Below, piece by piece: positions 52,643 through 64,000 of a DNA stretch of 64,000 bases (positions are counted from its first letter, which is position 1; each line of letters begins with the position of its first letter). Source of the DNA: Methanocaldococcus indicus (GTDB taxonomy: Archaea > AGJL01 > Methanococci > Methanococcales > Methanocaldococcaceae); the NCBI RefSeq assembly GCF_049554935.1, contig NZ_CP186926.1:1280001-1344000 (forward strand). Direction: 5' to 3'. The notes under the pieces are model-generated. The model did no database searches and was not told the DNA's origin. It was given only the letters and a program-made list of their open reading frames with translations. A program made the position numbers and the translations under genes.

Positions 52643-53649
52643 GATATCACCTTTTCATATATTTCTCTAACTTTTTCAGCTGTTTTTTTCCAGCTAAATT
52701 TTTCAGCTGTTTTTCTTGCATTTTTTCCAAGAGTTTTTCTTAAATTTTCATCTTCCATTAAAGTTATAATATATTCTTTAAATTCCTCTTTGTTATTTGC
52801 TAAAAAACCATTGTAGTTGTTTGTTATCAACTCTCTTAATCCATATCTATTAAAAGCTACAACTGGTTTATATGATGCAAATCCTTCCAATGCCACTAAT
52901 CCAAAACCTTCAATCCTTGAAGGAACAGCTACAAAACTACATCTACCAAGGTAGTTTATAACTTCACTATGCTGTTTTTTTCCTAAGAGGATGACATTAT
53001 CTTTCACTATTTTTTTGACCTTATTGAATAATGGTCCATCACCAATAAAAATAAATTTATAATTTAGCTCCTTACTAATCTCTGCTAAAATATCTACACC
53101 CTTTGTTTTTAAAAAAGCTCCTACATAAAGAATATAGTTCTCATCTCCCAAATTTTTATATTTTTCAATATCAATGCCATTATAAATAACAACTCCTTTT
53201 CCTACTTCATTTTTTATAGCTTTACTAACACAAATCACTTCATCAGCTTTTTTTATAGAATAGTTAAAAAATAATTTCCCTTTTAAAGAATTTTTTAAAA
53301 AGAGAGCATCACTACCATGTAGAGTTAAAATATATGGAATATTAAACTTATCTTTTAATAATGCTCCTAAAAAACCTTGTGGAAATGCATAGTGAGAATG
53401 AATTAAATCAATTTCTTCTTTTTCAATAATCTTTTTAGCCAATTTATATGCATTGTATAAATAAGAAATTCCTCTAAATTTTTTTAAGTAATTAACATTA
53501 TGAATAACTACATTTTTATATTTAGGAGTTGTATAATCATAAGTTAGTATATGAAATTCAATATCTTTAAGATTCTTAACAAGATTATCAACATGTTGAG
53601 TAATTCCCCCTAAATGAGGGTAGTATATAGTAGGCATTAAAACTTTCAT
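52633..53649 (-). CDS. GT4 glycosyltransferase
   Basis: YPHLGG, HSHY, TLHGSD, PSRIEGFGLVALE. Confidence 0.9.
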   Translation of the reverse strand: MKVLMPTIYYPHLGGITQHVDNLVKNLKDIEFHILTYDYTTPKYKNVVIHNVNYLKKFRGISYLYNAYKLAKKIIEKEEIDLIHSHYAFPQGFLGALLKDKFNIPYILTLHGSDALFLKNSLKGKLFFNYSIKKADEVICVSKAIKNEVGKGVVIYNGIDIEKYKNLGDENYILYVGAFLKTKGVDILAEISKELNYKFIFIGDGPLFNKVKKIVKDNVILLGKKQHSEVINYLGRCSFVAVPSRIEGFGLVALEGFASYKPVVAFNRYGLRELITNNYNGFLANNKEEFKEYIITLMEDENLRKTLGKNARKTAEKFSWKKTAEKVREIYEKVISSQ

Positions 53650-53672
53650 AACTAACACATAAGTGATATAAT

Positions 53673-54668
53673 ATGGATGAATTTAGAATAATTAGAAAAG
53701 GAATTATTTTACTATTGTTTTTAGGATTTATTTATATGCTATATCCTTTTTTAGATACCTTTGCTTATGCTGTTGTTTTTGTTTATATGGCTTTACCCAT
53801 ATATAAGTTTTGCAATAGATTTTTAAATAAAACTTTGTCTGCAATAGTTGCAATATTGTTTTATATTGTTCCAATAATTTTAGTGGGGATATACTTCATT
53901 TTTACAGTTGTAAATATATTATTAAACACAAATCCAGACTCAATACTATCTTTTTTAGATAGTATTTTAAAATACCAATATTTTTCATATATCAATACAA
54001 TAGTAAATAAAGAGCTAATTACAGAATATTCTAAAGCAATTTTTACATTTCTTGTTAATTTTATTACTCAGAGATTATTAGATTTTGGATATTTGATTAT
54101 AAAAATAATAATTGTCCTTTTTTTAACATTTTATTTTTTAAGGGATGGTGATAAAATAAAAGAGTTATGCTTAGATTTAACCCCACCCTACTACAAAGAA
54201 AGTATGAACATTTATTTATACTATCTTCATCAATCTTATAAAAACTTGTTTATAACTAATGTAAATATATCCATCATAATTGGTATCTTAGCATATATTG
54301 GATATAAAATTTTCTCAATTCCAAACTCAGAGTTATTAGCAATATTAACAGGAATTTTTGCATTACTCCCTATAGTTGGTAGTTGGACAGTTTATGTTTT
54401 ACTATCTATTTATTATATTTTGTTAGGGGAATATTATAAAGCATTAGCTATATTTATTTATGGACAGATATTTTTATCATTAGCTCCTGATTTTATTATA
54501 AGACCTTACTTAGTTAATAAAGAGACAGATATCCATCCTGTATTGGTTGTTATAGCATTCTTAATTGCTCCTCTTACATTAGGAATTGTTGGTTTTGCTG
54601 TTGGCCCAATAGTTGTTGGAGCTTTATATGCATACTATCTTGCTAAATATAAATACAAAAGAATATAA
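53673..54668 (+). CDS. AI-2E (PerM) family transporter
   Basis: FYFLRDG, LPIVGS, IRPYL, IHP, GPIV. Confidence 0.88.
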   Translation: MDEFRIIRKGIILLLFLGFIYMLYPFLDTFAYAVVFVYMALPIYKFCNRFLNKTLSAIVAILFYIVPIILVGIYFIFTVVNILLNTNPDSILSFLDSILKYQYFSYINTIVNKELITEYSKAIFTFLVNFITQRLLDFGYLIIKIIIVLFLTFYFLRDGDKIKELCLDLTPPYYKESMNIYLYYLHQSYKNLFITNVNISIIIGILAYIGYKIFSIPNSELLAILTGIFALLPIVGSWTVYVLLSIYYILLGEYYKALAIFIYGQIFLSLAPDFIIRPYLVNKETDIHPVLVVIAFLIAPLTLGIVGFAVGPIVVGALYAYYLAKYKYKRI

Positions 54669-54679
54669 AAATTGGTGAT

Positions 54680-56578
54680 ATGATGGATTTAAATTATAAA
54701 GAACTTGGTTTAAAAGTTGGATTAGAGATACATCAGCAATTAAATACTAAAAGAAAGTTGTTCTGTCATTGTCCAACTAAGTTGTGTGATGATGTAGAGA
54801 AAGAAGTTTTTAGAATTCTAAAACCTACTTTGAGTGAGATGGGTGAGATAGATAGAGCAGCTTTATTAGAATTAAGAAAAGGTAAGAAGTTCCTATATCA
54901 ATATTCATCTAAAAGTGCATGTTTAGTTGAGTTGGATGAAGAGCCTCCACATTTACCAAGTGAAGAAGCTTTAAGAGTAGCTTTGGAAGTTGCTCTATTA
55001 ATGAATATGAAAACTGTTGATTTAGCTTATACAATGAGAAAGATAGTTATTGATGGCTCTAATACCTCTGGCTTCCAAAGAACAATATTTTTAGCTTATG
55101 ATGGATTTATTGAGATAGATGGAAAAAAAGTAGGAATAGAAAGTTTATGTTTAGAGGAAGATGCTGCAAGAAAAGTAGAGGATAGAGAGGATGTAGTTGT
55201 TTATAACTTAGATAGATTAGGAATACCATTGGTTGAGATATCCACCTCTCCAGATATTGACTCTCCAAAGATGGCAAAAGAGACAGCTAAAAGAATTGGA
55301 CAAATTTTAAGAGCTACTGGAAAAGTTAAGAGAGGAATTGGGACTATAAGACAAGATATTAATATCTCTATAAAGGATGGTGCAAGAGTTGAGATAAAAG
55401 GAGTATCTGAGTTAGATTTGATTGAGAAAGTTGTTAAGAATGAAGTTTTAAGACAACTTAATTTAATAGAGATAAGCAAAGAACTAAAAAATAGAAATGC
55501 AAAAGTTATAGAGGAGATTTATGATATAACTGAGTTATTTAAAGATTGTAAATCTAAGATTATACAAAATGCTATAAAAAATGGTGGTAGAGTTAAGGCT
55601 ATAATTTTAAAAGGATTTGCTGGTTTAGTTGGTAAAGAAATCCAACCAGGAAGAAGATTAGGGACTGAGTTCTCTGATAGGGCTAAAATTATATCAGGTG
55701 TTGGAGGAATATTTCATACTGATGAACTTCCTAAATATGGAATTACTGAGGAAGATGTTAAAAAACTTAGAGAGTTTTTAAATGTAGATAAAGAGGACTG
55801 TATTGTTATAGTTGCTGACAAGGAGAAGAAAGTAGATAAAGCTTTAAAAGCAGTTATTGATAGGGCAAAAGAAGCAATTGAAGGTGTTCCAGAAGAAACA
55901 AGAAGGGCCTTGGAAGATGGAAACACATCATATTTAAGACCTCTTCCAGGAGCTGCAAGAATGTATCCTGAAACAGATATTCCACCAATAAAAATAGATA
56001 AAGAACTATTAGAAGATATTAAAAACAACCTTCCAGAACTTCCAGAGGAGAAAATAGAAAGATTCAAAAAAGAATATAAATTAAATGATGAATTAGCCAA
56101 GAAAATGGTATTCTCTTATTATGTTGATTTATTTGAAGATTTATGTAAAAAATTTAGAGATATAAAACCAACATTAATAGCTAAAACATTAGAAGAGAGT
56201 TTAAAAGAAATTAGAAGAGAAGGATACAATATTGATAATTTAAAAGATGAACATTTCTATATGATATTTGAGTCCCTCTCTAAAGGAAAATTAGCTAAGG
56301 AAGGTATTGTAGAGGTTCTAAAAGGATTTTGTGAATATCCAAATAAAGACATAGATGAAATTTTAGAACTTAAAGGATTAAAAGGGTTATCTCAGGAGGA
56401 AGTTGAGAAGATTATTGAAGAAATTATTAAAGAAAATATAGAAGTTGTAAAAGAGAAAAAAGAAAAAGCTTTGGGTATGTTGATGGGAAGATGTATGGCA
56501 AAATTAAGAGGAAAAGCAGATGGAAAATTAGTTAATGAAATTTTAAGAGAAAAAATTAAAGAATTTATTAATGGTTAA
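54680..56578 (+). CDS. gatE: Glu-tRNA(Gln) amidotransferase subunit E
   Basis: GLEIHQQL, DGSNTSGFQRT, RPLPGAARMYPETD. Confidence 0.96.
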   Translation: MMDLNYKELGLKVGLEIHQQLNTKRKLFCHCPTKLCDDVEKEVFRILKPTLSEMGEIDRAALLELRKGKKFLYQYSSKSACLVELDEEPPHLPSEEALRVALEVALLMNMKTVDLAYTMRKIVIDGSNTSGFQRTIFLAYDGFIEIDGKKVGIESLCLEEDAARKVEDREDVVVYNLDRLGIPLVEISTSPDIDSPKMAKETAKRIGQILRATGKVKRGIGTIRQDINISIKDGARVEIKGVSELDLIEKVVKNEVLRQLNLIEISKELKNRNAKVIEEIYDITELFKDCKSKIIQNAIKNGGRVKAIILKGFAGLVGKEIQPGRRLGTEFSDRAKIISGVGGIFHTDELPKYGITEEDVKKLREFLNVDKEDCIVIVADKEKKVDKALKAVIDRAKEAIEGVPEETRRALEDGNTSYLRPLPGAARMYPETDIPPIKIDKELLEDIKNNLPELPEEKIERFKKEYKLNDELAKKMVFSYYVDLFEDLCKKFRDIKPTLIAKTLEESLKEIRREGYNIDNLKDEHFYMIFESLSKGKLAKEGIVEVLKGFCEYPNKDIDEILELKGLKGLSQEEVEKIIEEIIKENIEVVKEKKEKALGMLMGRCMAKLRGKADGKLVNEILREKIKEFING

Positions 56579-58703
56579 TATTTGCATTAATAATTGAAGT
56601 ACTATCTTTTTCTATATCTCCATCATTGTTTATATTACCACTATTTATTTCTGAATAATCTTTTATAATTATTGTTCCATTATTATTTACATTTATAGTT
56701 CCTATTTTTGAGTTTATTAAAATAATTTCTCCATTGTTTTCATTTATATTTAGATTATTAATTATAGAGTTTTTAATTTCTAATACTCCATTACTGATTA
56801 TTTTTTCAATATTAATATCATTTACTATTCCACCATCTATAACCAACTCAGCATTTCCATTTATTATTGTGGCTTTAATTGTACTTATATATTTATCTTT
56901 TAGATTAACATTTACATCTCCAACTATTTCACCTAATTCAGGACTTAAAGAATTAAATCCATCATTTGATATGAAATATATATGATAAATGTTAGGTACA
57001 TCATCAAAATCTATATTAGAGTTACCTTCTAATCTTAAATATAAGTTATTTATACTTTTTATATTTCCAAGAATTAAGTTTCCATTACCATTTACTTTTA
57101 TTCTACCATTATTAATTACTCCATTTAAGTTGAATATGTAAGTATCTCCACCAGGAATTTTAATGTATATATTAGGACCTATAACAACTGCATTTGTTAA
57201 AGGTTCTTTGTAAAACTCTAAATCTCCATAACCATTTACCTTTATATATAATCCTTCTACATCTGCAGGTTGTAGGTTTGTATTATTAGTCAGATTTATA
57301 TTATTATATATAGGAGTATTATTGGTTATATTAGTGTTCTCATTATTATGACAACATCCTTTTTCAATCTCAAATGTTATATACATTATGTTATTATCTT
57401 CATTAGACTCATTAACTAAGTTATTATAATCTACATAGATAGCTAAAGTGTGGTTATATTCTTCACATTCACATTTGCAACATTTTGATGTAGAGATTGT
57501 ATAATCAAATATAACAGTTTTTGTTTCATCTACTCCTAAACTATCTATTTCTTTACTATCTACAGAGTAATTATTATCACGTAGTCCAACATAGAACTTT
57601 GATGCTGAGGCATTACCTATATTTTTAACAACTACTTCAATCTCTACATTAGTGTTGTTTTTACATCTATGTCTAAATTGATTTTGTGACTCTTGATTTT
57701 CCCCATGATTTTTTACTTGTTCTTCCCATCTATGACAGTATTTTGTTCCATTGTTGTAGATAATATTTACTTCATAAGGTATTAAGTCAGGTAATTTTAC
57801 TGTTATTGGTTGTGTCTCAGATATGTTAATTACAACAGTTTTTGTTATACTACTTGTTAAGTTTTTGTTATCAACAACAGTTAAAGTTACATTATAAGTT
57901 CCTGGAGTATATGTATGAGTAATAATTGGAGTAGTAGTTTCCTCTTTTGAGCCATCTCCAAAGTTCCAAATATATTTAACTATTTCCCCATTAGGTGAGT
58001 AGGATTTAGAAGCATCAAAAATTACCTCAACATTTGAAATCTCATCACTACTTTTAATTTCCCCATTTACAAGGACAATTTTGTGTTTTGAATATCTACT
58101 ACCTTTCCATATATAGATTGAAGCATTATCTCCTTTAATTTCTATATAATATTGACCTAAACTTTTCCCATTACCATTAGTTTCATGAGTAATATTATAT
58201 TCTAAATTACCTACAAATTCAACCATGCATCCTGATATATGGTAAGATTTGTTATCAATGAGTATTGTAGCTTTTCCAATAACCTTAAATTCTATTGTGT
58301 TAGCAATTCCTGAGTATGGAACTGATATGTCTCTCAAATTTATTGATTTGCCATCTATTTTTAATATAACTGGCTTTCCTGATCCTGGATTAATTCTATT
58401 GACAAATTCAAAACTATACTTATCTTTAAGATTTATATAATATTCAAAATCTGCAATTGGTTTTTTTGTTGTATTGGTAGTATTTGTAGTTGTATTTTGT
58501 TGTTCTTCTGTTATATTTGTGCTAATTGGTGATATTTCAGGTTTATATACAAAGTATCCAATAGCTTCTTTTTTTACAGTATTTGTTGCATTTCCTAAAA
58601 ATTTTATATCTGGCTTAGCTACTTGGACAGTTAATACAGCCCCACCTATAATAACTCCCAATATTAATATAATTAATTCTAAGGATACTTGCCCCTTTTT
58701 CAT
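56568..58703 (-). CDS. Large class III signal-peptide (pilin-like) surface protein with PKD and CARDB domains
   Basis: MKKG|QVSLE + hydrophobic helix; FDASKS...WNFGDG PKD; LPDL...KNIG...VNESNEDNN CARDB. Confidence 0.8.
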   Translation of the reverse strand: MKKGQVSLELIILILGVIIGGAVLTVQVAKPDIKFLGNATNTVKKEAIGYFVYKPEISPISTNITEEQQNTTTNTTNTTKKPIADFEYYINLKDKYSFEFVNRINPGSGKPVILKIDGKSINLRDISVPYSGIANTIEFKVIGKATILIDNKSYHISGCMVEFVGNLEYNITHETNGNGKSLGQYYIEIKGDNASIYIWKGSRYSKHKIVLVNGEIKSSDEISNVEVIFDASKSYSPNGEIVKYIWNFGDGSKEETTTPIITHTYTPGTYNVTLTVVDNKNLTSSITKTVVINISETQPITVKLPDLIPYEVNIIYNNGTKYCHRWEEQVKNHGENQESQNQFRHRCKNNTNVEIEVVVKNIGNASASKFYVGLRDNNYSVDSKEIDSLGVDETKTVIFDYTISTSKCCKCECEEYNHTLAIYVDYNNLVNESNEDNNIMYITFEIEKGCCHNNENTNITNNTPIYNNINLTNNTNLQPADVEGLYIKVNGYGDLEFYKEPLTNAVVIGPNIYIKIPGGDTYIFNLNGVINNGRIKVNGNGNLILGNIKSINNLYLRLEGNSNIDFDDVPNIYHIYFISNDGFNSLSPELGEIVGDVNVNLKDKYISTIKATIINGNAELVIDGGIVNDINIEKIISNGVLEIKNSIINNLNINENNGEIILINSKIGTINVNNNGTIIIKDYSEINSGNINNDGDIEKDSTSIINANINH

Positions 58704-58857
58704 AAATAATTCACCTCCAAAATTAATTTTTTGTAAATTTATAGTATATTAATAATTCTAATTGTAATGTCATAAATTCAAATTAATAATTATAAGAAAA
58801 ATATTTATAGAACTTCATAAACATATTATATTCAAACTCATATATAAAGGTGATGAT

Positions 58858-59556
58858 ATGGTAGTAGATGCAAAAGAGGTAGAAATTGTAAATACTCATG
58901 TTTTTGAGACATTAGGAAATCCTGAAAAAGAGAGAGAATTTAAACTAAAATCCTTAAAAAGATGGGGATTTGATTTAATATTTGGGAAAATCGATGGAAA
59001 AGAGACATACTTTACTGCTGAAATTGATACAAAAAAAGCAGGAGATAAATATACAAAAGATGAGAAAGAGTATGAAGTTGTTGAAGTTTTAGAAGAACTA
59101 CCAAAAGGTAGAGAACTCTATGCACATATAGAAATGGAAATGGGTAGAGCATATATTGTTTGTGAGCTAAGAGATGAAGATGGAAACAACATAGAAGTTT
59201 TGAGAGTTCCAGCTGCTGCTTTATTGTTGGCTTTCTTTAAAAAGAATAAATTGAGCAATTTAATAAAAGCTATTAGAAATGTTGGAGTTAGTTCTGAATT
59301 AGTTTTACAAAAAGCTCCTGGAGGAAAACCCTTACCTTATGAAGAACTTCCTAATTCAATTAGAAGATTTATAAGAAGTGTTAGAAAAGTTGAAAAAGAG
59401 ACAGGATTTGGTAGATTGGCAATTGCATACTATGGAGAAACAAAAGATAAAGAACCAAGATTTTGGTTCTCTTGGCTATTACCAACTATTGCATTATTTG
59501 ATTTAGATATAGCTAAAAAAACTGAGCAAACATTAGGAATATTAAAGAGTGATTAA
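58858..59556 (+). CDS. Conserved hypothetical protein
   Basis: 232-aa ORF with GGTGA RBS and host codon usage. Confidence 0.7.
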   Translation: MVVDAKEVEIVNTHVFETLGNPEKEREFKLKSLKRWGFDLIFGKIDGKETYFTAEIDTKKAGDKYTKDEKEYEVVEVLEELPKGRELYAHIEMEMGRAYIVCELRDEDGNNIEVLRVPAAALLLAFFKKNKLSNLIKAIRNVGVSSELVLQKAPGGKPLPYEELPNSIRRFIRSVRKVEKETGFGRLAIAYYGETKDKEPRFWFSWLLPTIALFDLDIAKKTEQTLGILKSD

Positions 59557-62500
59557 AAGAAATCTGTTAATTTAGCTTGTTTTTTCTTATCATTTTCAAA
59601 TAATGATTTAATTCCATCTTTTATTAATCTTAATCTTTGTTTAACATACTCATCTACTTTATAATCCTCAGCCATTTTCTCTGCTACATCTAAATACTTC
59701 TCAACTGCTCCTTTTGAAACTGTCAATATCAATTTAGAGCCACATTTTGGACATACTCCTCTCAATGGAATTCTCCTAAATTTAGCTCCACACTTACATC
59801 TAACACCTTGTCTTGAAAAAGCCCTTAAATTACCAATTAAATCAGGAATAAAGTGAGAATTAATAACTTTCTCAGCTACATCTTTCTCATCAACAGCTAC
59901 AATCTTTTTAGCTATATCTAACTGTGCATTTGTTTTGTCTAACATTGTTCCTAAGGTTTTGTATAAACAAACTTTTGGACCTAAATCTATAGATGTAGTT
60001 TCATGGGTATAACCAAGATTTTCATATTGTTCTTCTTTTCCTAATCTATCTTCAACAATCTCCATTATATCTCTAACATCTTTTGGAGAAACCATTTCTA
60101 AGGTTTTTTCATAAAATTCTAATGGATATCTCCACATAACATCCATATTATGAACTTCCCCATCTACTTCTTTTGGGTCTAATATAGTTGTTAAAACAAG
60201 AGGTGCATCCATCTGCCCTCCTCTTTTATCTGGTAGAAAGAGTTTAGAGAAGTTTAAGAATGCATCCAACAATAGAAAGAAGGCATCCTCATCTCCATCA
60301 CATTGATGTGTTAGTATATTCTCATTTATTATTACATTATGATATTTCTTAGCATTTATTGAATATATAAACTCATCTTCACATTGTATTATTTCAATAT
60401 GATTAATCTTGGTAGTATATATATTTATTACATTATCTAAATCAACATTATCAATTATAACCATTAACTCTCCTTCTTTAACATCCATAGCTAATTTTTT
60501 TATGAATCTTCCATTTTCATAAACTAAAACTGGATGGTCATAAGTTGTTGTAAATTCTCTATTTCCATCTAATTTTATCTTTATAAGATGATTAGGAGCT
60601 CTTATCTTTAAAACTTCTTCAATATCTGTTAAAATAACTTTTTTACTTTCTATATCAAAAGAATAAACTTTAATATTTACTTTTGGTTTATTTTTTATAT
60701 AGGAGAATTTCTCATATCTTTCATTTTCAAAAAGTTCATATAAATCTTTTAAGGTTATTCTTTCAACATTTCCATTAATATTTACTAAAATTTCAGTATC
60801 TCCTGGGAAACAGTTTCTTCTCTTAGCTGCATGATAGTAAGGATGAGCATAGCCAACATTTGCTTTAACATATCCTATAATTCTACCAACCATTCCAGCA
60901 GATGTGTGGGGAGCCATTCCTATAACTAAATGTCCAATTAAGTCCTCTTTTTCTTTAACATTGTAAAATCTTTCTTTTTTATAAAATCTTTCCAATAGTT
61001 CATCTATAAAATTAGCAACTCTAACAAAATATTCTGCACAACTCTCTGGAATTATGACATCTTGAGGCTTTAATTCTAAAATTTGATTTTCATCTTTTAA
61101 CTCATTTCCATAAATATCTCTATCATATCCCAACTCTCTCAACTTTTCAACAGATGCATTTATCTCCTTAGGTTTAAAATGAGTAACTGGCATATCTGTG
61201 CAGTCAAATCTTGCAGTCCCATCTTTAAATACATAAACATCATTTTTAGCTCTTAAAATAGCTTTCTCTAATGGTTCAACAATCTTCTTCTTAGATGTCA
61301 TCCCTTTAATACACTTAACATCCCCAGATTTATTTAAATTTAGTCTCTTTAATGCCAAGTATAGATAATCTTTTAAAGGAGCTTTAATCTTTCCAAATTT
61401 ATTTAGTTCTACTCTTTCACCACAGTAAGGACAAACTCTATATAGTGAGATTTTTCCACAATTTTCACAAATTCCAAAACTTACCTCAATATCATCTGTT
61501 TTATTCTCTTCAACAGCTTTATTTATTAATCTAACTTGTCCTCCTGCATTACCAATAGGGAATAATCCACAAACAGGAGGTTTCATTTTTCTTGGAGCTG
61601 CTTTTTCAGGCCTTCCCATCCTTGCTCCAACATAAACATAAGTATTTCTTCTAATCTCAAATGGTGATAATAAATTAATTAAATGCATAGAGTTTTTAGC
61701 TTCTTCTAAAATTTTATCTAAATTGTCAATAAGTAATTTTTTCTCTTTAACATCATAGCCCAAAGAATAAAGAAGAGGATAATATTCTTCAATTAAAATT
61801 TTGTTTTCTCTAACTAAATGACAGCAGCCAATATCTTCTAATATTCTTTTAATATCTAAATCCAAATCAACACTCCAATATTTTTTATTATCTTTCTCAA
61901 TCTCTTTACCTTTAATTAAATACTCTCTCAATTTTATAATATCTTCTTTCTCAACATCATGCCATCTATATGTATATCTTGGATGGAGGGGTGTATTTGT
62001 TCTTAAAGCAAAAGATACAGCTTCTTCTGGATTTGGATTATTTATAAAATCTTTTTTGTATTCAATATTCTTACTCTTTAAAAGTTCTTCATACCACTCT
62101 TCACACCAACAACTTGGAATTAGAGGATGATTGTTCTCTAAAAAATCTCCATAATTAACTAAAACATCCCCTAAAAATAGTATTTTATCTACTTTATCCC
62201 TTAACTCTATTGCTTTCTCAACACTTTCAACTCTAACAACATCTCCATTTTTTAATCTAACAATTGGTCCTTCAATTGAATCAACTGGAGCAGCAACTGT
62301 CCCTTTTCCAGGACGTTCAGTTTTTAGTTGAGTTCCAATAGCAATAAATTCATTTAATAGATACATTAAAGCAGGATGTATTCCTTGTGTAGCAAATCCA
62401 GTATTCCTACTTCTCCCATATCTTAATCTAAAACCTCCTTTTTTAGATGGATGTGCAAAAACAGGCCTTCCAGCTATAACTTCACTAATAAACTTCTTGT

Positions 62501-63443
62501 TTGCCTCTATTTTTATATCTCTCCAATAAGTATTTATTTCTGATTCTTCAATTTCTTCATCTTCTAAATTTTCATCCTCATCTTTTTCTTCTTCTTTTCC
62601 TTTATTAACAAAATCTTTTAACCAATCCCATCCTTCTAAATTCAGTTTTTCAACTCTTTTTAAAATTTTAGGAGCTTTTAATAAAACTCCCTCAACAATA
62701 ACTAATAAAGCTCCACCTCTTAATTGGTTAGTTTCTACTCTCTTTAAATCTCTATGCCCTGAAACTTCAACATTGTCAGTTGCTTCTCCAGTTATCTCTA
62801 TTGGTATATTTCTTATAGCTTTTCTTATCTCATCTGCTGTTGGAGAGTATTGGAAAGAACCTACCTCAGATTGATACAACTCTACCTCTTCAACATACCT
62901 CTCAATTTCATCCTCAGTTGGTTTATATCTATCTAATCCCATAGCTTTTCTAACAAAATCTCCAACTAAAACAGATAAAGCTTGAGCTGTCCCCCCAGCA
63001 CTTCTTATTGGTCCAGCATAATAGATAGCTAAGTATTCAGTTCCATCAAAATTTTTTTTAATTTTAACATCAGCTATTCCTTCTATTGGAGCTGCAACAA
63101 TCCCTTCTGTTAAAACAGCTAATGCAGTTCTAACTGCCTGCTCAGCTAATTTTTCTCTATCAATTTCTCCAAATTTTCCATTAACTATCTCTTCAGCTAT
63201 TTTTAAAGCTGCCTCTTCCTTTCCATATTCATTTACAAGTTCTCTAATCCTTTCAGCTACTCCTTTTGGTCCTACTAACCCCTCAACTCTATCAGCCATA
63301 TCTTTTGCTAATGGAATCTCAACATAATCCTCCGGGTCTAATCCCATCTTTCTACATTCTTCTGCTATCTTGTAAATTCTTTCAACTTCTTTAATTAAAT
63401 TTTCAAAGTATTTTTTCATTCTTTCTGAACAAACTACGTGCAT
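59553..63443 (-). CDS. polC: DNA polymerase D large subunit DP2 (intein-containing)
   Basis: [35 protein letters not shown]|...|CDGDED, C-terminal Zn finger and PIP-like QAKLTDFF. Confidence 0.97.
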   Translation of the reverse strand: MHVVCSERMKKYFENLIKEVERIYKIAEECRKMGLDPEDYVEIPLAKDMADRVEGLVGPKGVAERIRELVNEYGKEEAALKIAEEIVNGKFGEIDREKLAEQAVRTALAVLTEGIVAAPIEGIADVKIKKNFDGTEYLAIYYAGPIRSAGGTAQALSVLVGDFVRKAMGLDRYKPTEDEIERYVEEVELYQSEVGSFQYSPTADEIRKAIRNIPIEITGEATDNVEVSGHRDLKRVETNQLRGGALLVIVEGVLLKAPKILKRVEKLNLEGWDWLKDFVNKGKEEEKDEDENLEDEEIEESEINTYWRDIKIEANKKFISEVIAGRPVFAHPSKKGGFRLRYGRSRNTGFATQGIHPALMYLLNEFIAIGTQLKTERPGKGTVAAPVDSIEGPIVRLKNGDVVRVESVEKAIELRDKVDKILFLGDVLVNYGDFLENNHPLIPSCWCEEWYEELLKSKNIEYKKDFINNPNPEEAVSFALRTNTPLHPRYTYRWHDVEKEDIIKLREYLIKGKEIEKDNKKYWSVDLDLDIKRILEDIGCCHLVRENKILIEEYYPLLYSLGYDVKEKKLLIDNLDKILEEAKNSMHLINLLSPFEIRRNTYVYVGARMGRPEKAAPRKMKPPVCGLFPIGNAGGQVRLINKAVEENKTDDIEVSFGICENCGKISLYRVCPYCGERVELNKFGKIKAPLKDYLYLALKRLNLNKSGDVKCIKGMTSKKKIVEPLEKAILRAKNDVYVFKDGTARFDCTDMPVTHFKPKEINASVEKLRELGYDRDIYGNELKDENQILELKPQDVIIPESCAEYFVRVANFIDELLERFYKKERFYNVKEKEDLIGHLVIGMAPHTSAGMVGRIIGYVKANVGYAHPYYHAAKRRNCFPGDTEILVNINGNVERITLKDLYELFENERYEKFSYIKNKPKVNIKVYSFDIESKKVILTDIEEVLKIRAPNHLIKIKLDGNREFTTTYDHPVLVYENGRFIKKLAMDVKEGELMVIIDNVDLDNVINIYTTKINHIEIIQCEDEFIYSINAKKYHNVIINENILTHQCDGDEDAFFLLLDAFLNFSKLFLPDKRGGQMDAPLVLTTILDPKEVDGEVHNMDVMWRYPLEFYEKTLEMVSPKDVRDIMEIVEDRLGKEEQYENLGYTHETTSIDLGPKVCLYKTLGTMLDKTNAQLDIAKKIVAVDEKDVAEKVINSHFIPDLIGNLRAFSRQGVRCKCGAKFRRIPLRGVCPKCGSKLILTVSKGAVEKYLDVAEKMAEDYKVDEYVKQRLRLIKDGIKSLFENDKKKQAKLTDFF
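60303..60812 (-). mobile_element. Mini-intein (170 aa) in DP2
   Basis: Starts CFPGDT, block B TTYDHP, ends ILTHQ before extein Cys of CDGDED; no LAGLIDADG domain. Confidence 0.93.
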
Positions 63444-63537
63444 ATTCTCACAAATTAGTTATTTAAATACATAATTTAGCTATTTTTAATCTACAAAATA
63501 AATTTTATATAACATAATTTATATTTTACCACTCTTT

Positions 63538-64000
63538 ATGAAATGCTTAGCCATTAGTGGAAGAGCAATTGCAAATATATTTAAAAAGAGATATTCAAAA
63601 AAGCCAATAAATAAGAAAGATTTAAGAAAGTATAAACTTTATCCAATTCCTTCTTTGACTGTTGATGGAATTCTTGAAATGAATAAAAAGATTTTACTTA
63701 TAAAAAGGAAAAATAATCCTTATAAAGATTTTTATGCACTTCCTGGTGGATTTGTAGAGTGTGGAGAGACATTAGAAGAAGCTATTATTAGAGAAATAAA
63801 AGAAGAAACAAATTTAGATGTTGAAGTAGAGTCATTATTTAATGTTTATTCCTCCCCAAATAGAGACCCAAGAGGACATATTGTAACTGTTGTTTATATT
63901 TTAAAATGTATAGGAGGAGAATTAAAAGCTAAAACAGATGCAAAAGATGTTAAGTTTTTTGATATAAATAATCTTCCTAAATTAGCTTTTGACCATGAAA
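63538..64000 (+). CDS. Nudix hydrolase (ADP-ribose pyrophosphatase-like), 3'-truncated by window
   Basis: LPGGFVECGETLEEAIIREIKEETNL Nudix box and RDPRGH. Confidence 0.9.
   Translation, partial: MKCLAISGRAIANIFKKRYSKKPINKKDLRKYKLYPIPSLTVDGILEMNKKILLIKRKNNPYKDFYALPGGFVECGETLEEAIIREIKEETNLDVEVESLFNVYSSPNRDPRGHIVTVVYILKCIGGELKAKTDAKDVKFFDINNLPKLAFDHE

Overview
A 64 kb, AT-rich, gene-dense archaeal chromosomal segment. Protein content and similarity to proteins I recognise (MJ0796-type ABC ATPase, MptN, ComC, CdhD/E, WtpABC, EndA, PolD large subunit) point to a hyperthermophilic methanogen of the Methanocaldococcus/Methanococcales group. Most of the window is housekeeping: replication (MCM end, HerA-like, PCNA, RecJ/DHH, intein-containing PolD DP2), translation, cofactor synthesis and methanogen energy metabolism. 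Non-coding features are the SRP RNA, a box C/D guide sRNA, probable ribosomal-protein leader hairpins and one complete IS6 with TIRs and target duplication. The most unusual part is 2.4-8.1 kb. It holds an ABC exporter/COG1361/Yip1/SpoIIM(DUF95)/small membrane protein cassette resembling circular-bacteriocin maturation and export clusters, preceded by an unannotated GC-rich K-turn/RBS-sequestering RNA leader and a truncated signal-peptide ORF. Other oddities: endA and trpF have no in-frame ATG/GTG/TTG at their N-termini and apparently start at ATC/ATA, trpE is split by a 1-nt frameshift, and a cheY-cheC pair stands alone. All family assignments come from motif recognition by eye; no database searches were run.
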